IMG/VR virus record: IMGVR_UViG_3300025288_000050 | Span: 1-38,134 of that record | Source: a virus | Strand: one strand, 5' to 3' | DNA length: 38,134 nt | Part shown: positions 24,505 to 31,405 of the stretch, one piece after another | Layout of the letters: each line of letters begins with the position of its first letter | Position numbering within the stretch: the first letter of the stretch is position 1 | Notes under the pieces: model-generated | Databases searched by the model: none | The model's input: the letters and a program-made list of their open reading frames with translations, nothing else | What the model was told of the DNA's origin: nothing | Program-made: the position numbers and the translations under genes

Positions 24505-24807
24505 TTAATAATCCTCATCGACTTTGCCGGCAGCAAGGTCGACCAACAACTTCTCTGCGGCTTCACCCGCTGAAATACGCTGCCCTAAGAAGTTCATTAT
24601 CTGCTCGATGGCCATACAAGCAGAATGGTACCTCTGAGATTCGCGCACAGCAGCGGAGACATAGTCCGCATAGGTTTGTTTTAAAAATTTTACGAGCTCG
24701 TCACCAACCGGACTGCCTATCAAATCTTTCATTAATTCCCCCTCCTTCACCTGGCTCAACAAGTCTTCCTCGGTCATCTCATGCAAATTGTGATCGTCAT
24801 CGCGCAT
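24505..24807 (-). CDS. Hypothetical acidic protein (100 aa)
   Basis: ORF packed tightly between portal and scaffold. No domain recognised. Confidence 0.5.
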   Translation of the reverse strand: MRDDDHNLHEMTEEDLLSQVKEGELMKDLIGSPVGDELVKFLKQTYADYVSAAVRESQRYHSACMAIEQIMNFLGQRISAGEAAEKLLVDLAAGKVDEDY

Positions 24808-24809
24808 AC

Positions 24810-26621
24810 TTATTGTATTTGTTCAGAACGAGGCGCCCCCGCCTGCGTAAGCATATCCTTAATCGCATCTGAATTTTCCATCGCTGGGTTAGGTTGCGAA
24901 ACCTGACCTGAAACTCCGCCACTTGCCGATCCAGCACCCGGAGGCGCCATCATTGACGGGCGGCGTTTAGTCTTGAGACCTTGCAAGTTCAGCCATTTTT
25001 CAAACAAGTCAGCAAAATCAATCGTCTCGGGGACAGAAGGAATTTGCGCCGCAATCTTCATACCCTCCAAAATCGTCTGGGCAAGTCCAGCCTTGCTCTT
25101 AATCAGCGAGGCATCCGAGTCGATAGTAACATTAAAGTCGCCCTTTAGGAATTTAATTGAGGGAAATTTAATGAAACGCTCGTTGCCAAATTTCTTCATC
25201 GCCACTTGGAATTCTTCCTGAGAAACCGGGGGCAATCCTTCCTCAGCGCGCGCTTTGTTAACTTCCTTCAGCTTGAAGTCATCAAAAACAGCCAACTCCT
25301 CGTCGCGCCCAGTCAACTTAACGACCTGGGATTTAGATAAAAACTTTTTATCCATTTCCATCACCGCTTCAACACAAAGTTTAAACATGCGATTGAGGTA
25401 GGCTTGCGGATCAGCCAAACGATTCCCGGCATTTCGATCGCGAATAGCCGCCTCGGAAGCCGAATTAGCCGAACCGCCGCCGCGAATAAGCTCAGTAGTA
25501 CCGTTCAAACGCTGAACTGCCCCCAACAGATTATTTTCCCCAACGTAGGAGCTTTGCGTAATATCAATCGTCCGCAGCTGAGTCACTTCCGCTGGATTAT
25601 CCACGTCAATCCAGATACCCGAACCAGTCACGCGCTGGCGCGCATCGATGTTCATGCCCCTTCGTTTTAAGAACATGCCGCGGTGCAAAACATCTTCATT
25701 ATCATCTCGGCGATTCACCAATTTATTGTACATAAATTGATAATCGCGAAGTGCCAAGCCGACTCCCAAGCCGTACCAGAGGTAGGGGCGCTTTTGGTAC
25801 CAAGACTCTACAAAACGGTAACGTTGGGATTTGTCAGAAATCTCCACCACCTTTGCGGTCCCATCAATCCACGCTACGGTGATAACACCATCAATCATTT
25901 CATCACTACCTTCCTCAACTTCTTCTTCCCCAGTAAGGAATTCTTTCGGGAAATAGCCGTGACGCTCGTAAAGTTCAACATATTCCAACTCTGTCTTATA
26001 AGACGAACGGCCAATTTCATACTCAAGCGTGCCTGTCCCGCCGTTTTGCTGTGTATCATCGACAGTCTCCTCACCATTAACCTCATCCTTATTTTCATAA
26101 CGATCATTATTTTTAAAATCAGACAACATCACGCGCTTGCGAATTGCGAAGGCTGACGCTTCAGCAAGCGAAGGTTCTTTGGGGAAAATAAAAACATCCT
26201 TCAAATCATGAAAAACGAAATCCGGCTTGTCCTCATCCCACACCATCTCAATTACAGAAGTACCCTCATTTACCCACTGGGCCATCATCGCTTTAATCCT
26301 GGTCCGCCAGTCAATTTTCTCAAACTGGAATTTTAGCAACTCCTCCCAAAGCAATGCTTTACGCTCAAGTCCTGGTTCGTTGGTTTTAACCGAAATCGCC
26401 TCAGGCAATAATTCGAAACGCGGAGCAATCGTGTCGACTTCCTGCCTGGTTAACGGTACAAAAATCTTCCGTTTCCCCGTCGCTTTATCAATTGGGTTAT
26501 CATACTTGCACTCATAATTACGACGAGCGCGCCGCAGAGCTTCGCGCAAATCCTGAGTAGCATCTTCGATTGACTCCTTCTCGGCCTTAACGAAAGTCAG
26601 GGCCTCATCGAACAATTTCAT
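24810..26621 (-). CDS. Portal protein
   Basis: 603 aa, immediately downstream of TerL. Size and position are typical, and the C-terminus is Gly/Ser/Pro-rich. Confidence 0.8.
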   Translation of the reverse strand: MKLFDEALTFVKAEKESIEDATQDLREALRRARRNYECKYDNPIDKATGKRKIFVPLTRQEVDTIAPRFELLPEAISVKTNEPGLERKALLWEELLKFQFEKIDWRTRIKAMMAQWVNEGTSVIEMVWDEDKPDFVFHDLKDVFIFPKEPSLAEASAFAIRKRVMLSDFKNNDRYENKDEVNGEETVDDTQQNGGTGTLEYEIGRSSYKTELEYVELYERHGYFPKEFLTGEEEVEEGSDEMIDGVITVAWIDGTAKVVEISDKSQRYRFVESWYQKRPYLWYGLGVGLALRDYQFMYNKLVNRRDDNEDVLHRGMFLKRRGMNIDARQRVTGSGIWIDVDNPAEVTQLRTIDITQSSYVGENNLLGAVQRLNGTTELIRGGGSANSASEAAIRDRNAGNRLADPQAYLNRMFKLCVEAVMEMDKKFLSKSQVVKLTGRDEELAVFDDFKLKEVNKARAEEGLPPVSQEEFQVAMKKFGNERFIKFPSIKFLKGDFNVTIDSDASLIKSKAGLAQTILEGMKIAAQIPSVPETIDFADLFEKWLNLQGLKTKRRPSMMAPPGAGSASGGVSGQVSQPNPAMENSDAIKDMLTQAGAPRSEQIQ

Positions 26622-26633
26622 ATCTAAAGGTGT

Positions 26634-27935
26634 TTAGTATTCATCGTCATAATCAGCAAACTGGTCAGAACGCTGATGGCCATAAATTGGTTGCAAATTC
26701 CAAACAGCAAGAGCCAAGGAGATGACACAATCATCATGGTAACCGGAAGGAGCAGTGAAAATAATTCGTCCGGAATCCGTCATTTTATAAGTGTAGGCCT
26801 CCAACTCTTTCAAAAGGATCGGCTCATTAGGTATTATAACTTGTTTTTGCTCAATCCTCAACTTTAAATTTTCAATCAATTCCTTCTTTGATTGCGAAGA
26901 AGAAATTTTGTACGGCATCACATTCATTCCCATGCGGGTTAAATCATTCGCCAAGGGATCGCCGACGCCGGTCGCATCCAAAACAATCCGCGCGTGGTTG
27001 TAGCGTTCCGACAAGGCAATCAATTTTAATTTCTGGTACTCCCAATCCAACTTTTGAAAACGCTCGAAGTACACCACCTTCATGTTTTGGTCGATAATCA
27101 TAAAAACAGAGAAGTCTTGCAGACGTGCCAAGTCCGCCCCAATCTGATACGACTTGGAAAATTGCGGATCCTCAAAACACTGCTCCTTCTCCCGCGTCAC
27201 CTCGCGCAAGTGACGGAAAACCGTCCCCTCACCATCCAAAAATTCCGCCAAATATTCTTGTCGGAACGTCTCCTCGGGCAACTCCGTCCGCGCCCGGTCG
27301 ATCATCAACTTGGAGTAAATCCCCGTATCCTCCGCCGAAAAATGATAACTGCGCCAATCGGGCAAATTGCGGTTGTACAATTCAAAAAAATGGTTGCGGC
27401 CAAGGGGAGTTCCAAGGAAAATCGCCCACCCTTTGTAGTCATTCAGGGTTGGTTGTAAAACCGCCTCCCAAACCTTCCTATCCATCATTTCATATTCGTC
27501 CAAAACCAAACCATGCAAACCAACACCGCGCAGGGAGTCCTCATTTTCCGACCCCTTCAAGGCGATTTCCGAACCATTAATAAGCCGAAACGTCAATTCA
27601 TTTTCATTTTTCTTCTTCACCAATTGGGACGGCAGAAACCGCTGCATCAAATCAAAAGCGATAGTCTTCGCCTGCCGATAAGTCGGCGCCACATACCAAT
27701 AACGCCCAGGTTTCTCAATGGCAAATTTAATCAAGTGATTAATTGCCAGAGTCGTCTTCCCAAAACGGCGATGCGCCACAATAACCTTAAACCGCGTGGG
27801 ATCTTGATGCACCAACAACTGCTGCTCACGCGGAGTATAGGGAATCCGAATATGCTGCTTCGGCTTCTCCGGCGTGGAATCAGGAGAAGATTGAGCTGTG
27901 GCAGGCTGTAATTGTGAAGTATTGATATTAGGCAT
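26634..27935 (-). CDS. terL: Terminase large subunit
   Basis: Walker A-like AHRRFGKTT, Walker B LVLDEYE, and C-terminal nuclease-like DATGVGD...YHDDCV. ATG 27935 overlaps the upstream stop by 8 nt. Confidence 0.9.
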   Translation of the reverse strand: MPNINTSQLQPATAQSSPDSTPEKPKQHIRIPYTPREQQLLVHQDPTRFKVIVAHRRFGKTTLAINHLIKFAIEKPGRYWYVAPTYRQAKTIAFDLMQRFLPSQLVKKKNENELTFRLINGSEIALKGSENEDSLRGVGLHGLVLDEYEMMDRKVWEAVLQPTLNDYKGWAIFLGTPLGRNHFFELYNRNLPDWRSYHFSAEDTGIYSKLMIDRARTELPEETFRQEYLAEFLDGEGTVFRHLREVTREKEQCFEDPQFSKSYQIGADLARLQDFSVFMIIDQNMKVVYFERFQKLDWEYQKLKLIALSERYNHARIVLDATGVGDPLANDLTRMGMNVMPYKISSSQSKKELIENLKLRIEQKQVIIPNEPILLKELEAYTYKMTDSGRIIFTAPSGYHDDCVISLALAVWNLQPIYGHQRSDQFADYDDEY

Positions 27936-28410
27936 GGAATCGTCGGCAAAGTTTACACATTTTCGGCTCCAACTCCTTCGGTTTATAACTCTCCTCCTCA
28001 CACAACGGACACACCTTCTCCCCCTCAGGCAAACTCATGGCCGGATAATGTTTGTTTAACCATCTTTTTGGGGGAAGCAAGCGATTGGGGAAATCGGCAT
28101 GGGGGTATTCCGGGGCACCCCCTTCAAAATCATCGTCACTTTGATTACCAAAACGATGATTCCCATCCAAATGTGACATCTTCGCTTCAAAATCATTGGC
28201 CTCAGCAATCCTATCCACTGCGCGTTGAATGGGCGAGGCGTGTTCCTCTTTCCACTGGCGCAAACTGAGTTTGTGAGTTCCTCGCATGTGGGCGGCGAGG
28301 CCGGCGGCGGCGGAACAAGACCGGCCACAGACAGGACAAATCACAGCAGCGAACTTTTTATACAAAGCCTTGGTTTCTTCAGAAGCCGGTTGAAATTCGT
28401 ATTCGGACAT
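27928..28410 (-). CDS. Zinc-finger protein (classical C2H2 spacing plus C-terminal CxxC...CxxC)
   Basis: CPVCGRSCSAAAGLAAHMRGTH gives C-x2-C-x12-H-x4-H. The C-terminus has CPLC-x16-CKLC. 160 aa. Confidence 0.65.
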   Translation of the reverse strand: MSEYEFQPASEETKALYKKFAAVICPVCGRSCSAAAGLAAHMRGTHKLSLRQWKEEHASPIQRAVDRIAEANDFEAKMSHLDGNHRFGNQSDDDFEGGAPEYPHADFPNRLLPPKRWLNKHYPAMSLPEGEKVCPLCEEESYKPKELEPKMCKLCRRFHA

Positions 28411-28464
28411 AGAGAAAATAATTTGTGATTAATGAGGTTTGGCGGTTAGGCGGTAAAACGGGAG

Positions 28465-28504
28465 GAGTGGCTGAGTGGCTGAGTGGCTGAGTGGCTGAGT
28501 GGCT
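28465..28504. repeat. Octanucleotide tandem repeat (GAGTGGCT) x5
   Basis: Five exact head-to-tail copies inside the 345-bp non-coding gap between the terS-like gene and the zinc-finger/terL genes. Confidence 0.95.
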
Positions 28505-28756
28505 AAAGAGAGAAGGGGCTAGCAATGTGGGGTTGTGAGCATACAGGTACCAGGCGAATAATTTTCCAGTGGAACAAATCACAATCGGGACGTTCCCCCC
28601 TTCGATCAAACTAACGGCGTGGGTGTTTTCTAACCTGTATACTCGCGCCGTTTGATGTTTTTTACACAACAAAGCCATTTTTTTAGCTGGGGATAAAGCA
28701 ATTTTTATGCGTCGCACAATGTATATTAGACGACGCATAGCATTTTTTTGGCTAAG

Positions 28757-29191
28757 TTAAGCGGAATCGAACGGAGAAAAATCACCGTTTTGCACCTGCT
28801 GCGCGTTAATATCTAGCATTTTCGGTTGCTCGCCCCAAGACACAGAAAGCTCGCCGGAATGCTGATGTTCGACACGCTTCTCTTGATCCAAAACACCATA
28901 AAGAGAGTAACCGAGCTTCAAAATTATCGCCTCCACCTTATCATTCCCACATTCCAACATTGCTTTATGCTTATCCATCAGCATTTTCATCGGCAACTTT
29001 TCTCGCAACATCGCCTGGAAAGTCACACGGTTAAAAACGTTCTCCCCCGGGCTTTTTGCAACCAAAGGGGAATAACCTGCTTCGAGTGCTATCTCCCGCT
29101 TGTTTATCATCTCCCCTTTTTTTATTTTCTCCGCCGTTATCTCCACAGCGCGAACGAGTCGATCGTTTTTTTGCATTGGTCCTCTTCCCAT
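28757..29191 (-). CDS. terS: Terminase small subunit-like DNA-binding protein
   Basis: INKREIALEAGYSPLVAKSPGENVF resembles the HTH signature (aGYS...A) of Terminase_2-type small subunits. First gene of the packaging operon. The start may be ATG 29176. Confidence 0.5.
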   Translation of the reverse strand: MGRGPMQKNDRLVRAVEITAEKIKKGEMINKREIALEAGYSPLVAKSPGENVFNRVTFQAMLREKLPMKMLMDKHKAMLECGNDKVEAIILKLGYSLYGVLDQEKRVEHQHSGELSVSWGEQPKMLDINAQQVQNGDFSPFDSA

Positions 29192-29305
29192 ATAACTTAA
29201 TCATACCATAAAAAAATTTCGCGCGCCTTTTAACCAATAGGACATCACGGACACCAGTCAAACTTGTTCAAATTCCAACCATAAAATGTATTGCACTCTT
29301 ATATA

Positions 29306-29334
29306 ATTATGCGCGCGACATATCACTCTGTCGA
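29306..29334 (-). promoter_or_regulatory. Candidate leftward sigma70-like promoter (TCGACA-17-CATAAT)
   Basis: The reverse complement of 29329-29334 is TCGACA and that of 29306-11 is CATAAT, with a 17-nt spacer. It lies about 105 nt upstream of the terS-like ATG, and the -35 overlaps a TGTCGA/TGTCGC motif. Confidence 0.25.
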
Positions 29335-29582
29335 CTGTCGCGGATTATTTTGCTAATTTTAGCAAAATGCGACAGGCGCGACAGGCGCGACACCATTTTT
29401 GATAATCCTAATAAATAAAATTTTACCTATAACCTTTTCTCTCTTTTATAATTTATATCCAATTAGAAAAACAGCGTCGCGCCTGTCGCGCCTGTCGCAT
29501 TTTGCTCAACCTAGCCAAAAAAAGCGCGACAGGTCTTTTTTTCACCTGTCGCGCCTGTCGCATTTTGCTCAACCTAGCCAAA
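29315..29582. promoter_or_regulatory. Iteron/operator array: about 12 TGTCGC/GCGACA hexamers, palindrome, AT-rich core and a 38-bp direct repeat
   Basis: GCGACA at 29369, 29378 and 29387 (9-bp phase) faces (T/C)GTCGC at 29475, 29484 and 29493 across an ~80-bp core of about 78% A+T (29393-29473). Palindrome TTTTGCTAA-tt-TTAGCAAAA lies at 29348-29367. cctgtcgcgcctgtcgcattttgctcaacctagccaaa occurs at 29482-29519 and 29545-29582. Confidence 0.8.
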
Positions 29583-29650
29583 TTATCTTCTTATGGTCAG
29601 TTTTTTTTGGTAGTTATCCACAGCATAATTGTTGCGGTCTGTGTATACTC

Positions 29651-29679
29651 TTGACAAGATTATGACACTATGATATATT
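29651..29679 (+). promoter_or_regulatory. Rightward early promoter, TTGACA-17-TATATT with extended -10 TG
   Basis: TTGACA at 29651-56, TG at 29671-72 and TATATT at 29674-79. Followed by AAGGAG and ATG 29702. Confidence 0.6.
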
Positions 29680-29701
29680 TATACCAGAAGGAGAAAAAAC
29701 T

Positions 29702-29854
29702 ATGCGACCAGCTCTTTACTCAGACGGTTCTGTCGTCATTGATACCCGCACCGGCGAAGTTGTCAAAGTTCTTCAACATTTTAAAAAACCGGTTAACAAG
29801 ATCTTACGGACGAAGACTGTTGTCACTCGCAAACTCACTTCAAACCTCCCCTAA
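29702..29854 (+). CDS. Early small protein (50 aa)
   Basis: AAGGAG is 8 nt upstream. Sequence MRPALYSDGSVVIDTRTGEVVKVLQHFKKPVNK.... Preferred over the overlapping low-complexity track ORF 29670-30086. Confidence 0.55.
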   Translation: MRPALYSDGSVVIDTRTGEVVKVLQHFKKPVNKILRTKTVVTRKLTSNLP

Positions 29855-30160
29855 TGGAAACGTTCGGGGGCAGATGCTTAGCGGGCAAGTCCAAAACTCA
29901 AAACTTGCCCCCTATCATATGCTCACTCAAACCAAGGGGTCTAAGACCTCAAAATCCAGTGCCTGCGCCAAAAATGCTCTTTTGGCCAACAGACCAAAAA
30001 CCTTAATCCCCTTGGTTGACTTGGCTCCTTTACTCGCTCTAATTTACCTAAACCATCATTGCGCCCGAATTTATCGGGCCAGTTAAGTCCTAGAACTCTA
30101 ACCCTATGGATATTCAAAACACTATCTATCAAATGCTAACCGAGAACACCGGACGCGCTC

Positions 30161-30364
30161 TTGGCGACTCCGGCGATACTTACTGACGCCAAACTGTTCA
30201 AACTTAAAGACGGTCAATGGCTCAATACGTGCCCCGATGTTGCCGGAATTATTGATGGCGTAGAAGTCTCATCTAACTACAACGGTTATTCACTAACTAC
30301 AAAAAACGGCACGGACATAAATGTCCGTCCTGATTCTAAAATTAACCTAAAACTTTATGTCTAA
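30161..30364 (+). CDS. Hypothetical protein (start unclear)
   Basis: 67-aa ORF with only a TTG start. A 26-aa ATG ORF (30106-30186) overlaps its 5' end in another frame. Confidence 0.3.
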   Translation: MATPAILTDAKLFKLKDGQWLNTCPDVAGIIDGVEVSSNYNGYSLTTKNGTDINVRPDSKINLKLYV

Positions 30365-30470
30365 ACTTCAAAAACAACTCGAAGAATTATTTGAGACCTT
30401 ACTGGCTCTTAACTTCGGGAAGCAAGAAATTGACGAAGCCTTTAGTGTCTTAGAAACAATAAAACTCTAA
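30357..30470 (+). CDS. Hypothetical helical mini-protein (37 aa)
   Basis: ATG 30357 overlaps the upstream stop region. Sequence MSKLQKQLEELFETLLALNFGKQEIDEAFSVLETIKL. Confidence 0.35.
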   Translation: MSKLQKQLEELFETLLALNFGKQEIDEAFSVLETIKL

Positions 30471-30484
30471 CTCCCCCAATCAAT

Positions 30485-30649
30485 ATGCCTACTAAATACT
30501 CACAGGGCTATCGGGCTTGCAACCCGAACCGTCTCAATAGCCAAAATGCTGCGTCGTCACTCTTTTATTCCTTCTTGTGGGTTGCTACTTCGTTGGCCTA
30601 TGGTATAGCAATTCTTGCGGCCTTTAGTGTCCTAAAAATCAATACCTAA
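30485..30649 (+). CDS. Small membrane protein (54 aa)
   Basis: MPTKYSQGYRACNPNRLNSQ... followed by the hydrophobic stretch SLFYSFLWVATSLAYGIAILAAFSVL. Ends 6 nt before the terminator hairpin. Confidence 0.4.
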   Translation: MPTKYSQGYRACNPNRLNSQNAASSLFYSFLWVATSLAYGIAILAAFSVLKINT

Positions 30650-30655
30650 ATCAAT

Positions 30656-30689
30656 GCCAAAACAACGCATTATAATGCGTTGTTTTGGC
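30656..30689. terminator. Bidirectional terminator-like hairpin (15-bp perfect stem, 4-nt loop)
   Basis: gccaaaacaacgcat-tata-atgcgttgttttggc lies between convergent genes (plus-strand small ORFs and minus-strand 30751-31194). Confidence 0.65.
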
Positions 30690-30750
30690 TTCTAAATGTC
30701 CAGGAGTCAATAATGGCCTCCCGAACATTATAAACCCCTAAAATCGCCTC

Positions 30751-31194
30751 CTATCGGCTCACAGCCTCCTTTTCTTCCAACTCCTTCCATTCCCAAGACC
30801 CGCGTACCTTCTCCCCCCTTATGGCCAGCAATCGATCTATATCAATAATAGTGATGTTCCGCGCTTCGTTAGCCCCCACCACTAAAAAACCACCCCCGCG
30901 GCTCACCACTACGCAGTCAGCGGGCTTCAACCCAAGGGCCGAGTCCGATACCTTGTGAGATAGTAGGCCGTGTTTGGCGTGGCGAAGGGCCGCGACTTGA
31001 TGGTCGGCAACACAAGAGTAAGGCAAACGGTTGCCGTGCTTAATCAATTTTAGTTCAAACCAAGCGCCGCTGCCGCAATCGAGCGATGAAAACCACGCAT
31101 CGCCTTCCGGAGTCCTGAGATAGCGCGTAAATTTACCCTGTAGCTCAGCCTCACTCCGCCACGGTCCGGAGTTTTTTAAATCCGCGATCAACAT
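30751..31194 (-). CDS. VRR-NUC / PD-(D/E)XK-fold nuclease-like protein
   Basis: SEAELQGKFTRYL, then D...AWFELKLIKHGNRLPYSCVADHQVAALRHAKHG, follows the D-x(n)-E-x-K ... Q pattern. It is the only minus-strand gene inside the plus-strand block. Confidence 0.45.
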   Translation of the reverse strand: MLIADLKNSGPWRSEAELQGKFTRYLRTPEGDAWFSSLDCGSGAWFELKLIKHGNRLPYSCVADHQVAALRHAKHGLLSHKVSDSALGLKPADCVVVSRGGGFLVVGANEARNITIIDIDRLLAIRGEKVRGSWEWKELEEKEAVSR

Positions 31195-31268
31195 AAAAAC
31201 ATTTTATCACGGATGGTGTTGCTGTGTTGCTGTTTTGTAATTTTGTTTTTTGTCCACAGTTTTTACAA

Positions 31269-31297
31269 TAGACAAAATTAATTTTTGGGCGTATAGT
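31269..31297 (+). promoter_or_regulatory. Candidate promoter TAGACA-17-TATAGT for the replication genes
   Basis: Hexamers at 31269-74 and 31292-97 in the divergent 211-bp intergenic region. Confidence 0.3.
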
Positions 31298-31405
31298 TTC
31301 TCTACTTTCAACCTGCTTGTCGGAGCTAGTAAAACACCGGAAAGGGAATTCAATTTTGGGAGACATCCAAATGCGAAACGACAAGCCCCTTGCCGGTGAT
31401 TTATT

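Noticed and set aside
27054-27911. Several 130-150-aa plus-strand ORFs (27054-27458, 27125-27580, 27513-27911)
   Set aside because: They lie antisense to the confidently identified terL gene in a GC-rich stretch. The translations are Pro/Arg/Ser-rich low complexity with no SD, so they are shadow ORFs.
28379-28738. 119-aa minus-strand ORF in the terS-terL gap
   Set aside because: It is kept open by the octamer repeat (translates as SHSATQPLSHSATQPL...). It has no SD and its start lies within the palindrome next to the terS stop. Treated as non-coding.
28761-28774. gcggaatcgaacgg resembling the reverse complement of a tRNA T-arm/acceptor end
   Set aside because: It lies inside the C-terminal codons of the terS-like ORF (...GDFSPFDSA). 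No anticodon or D-arm cloverleaf can be drawn from the flanks.
29482-29582. 38-bp repeat / 25-bp spacer / 38-bp repeat resembling a phage mini-CRISPR array
   Set aside because: There are only two repeats and the spacer is too short. The spacer contains the same GCGACA unit, the repeat is itself built of the operator-like TGTCGC subunits that also occur inverted nearby, and there are no cas genes. It is better explained as iterons or operators.
29670-30086. 138-aa plus-strand ORF at the start of the early region
   Set aside because: The translation is low-complexity Ser/Leu/Lys-rich and the start lies inside the promoter -10. A 50-aa ORF in another frame has a near-perfect SD (AAGGAG-8-ATG 29702).
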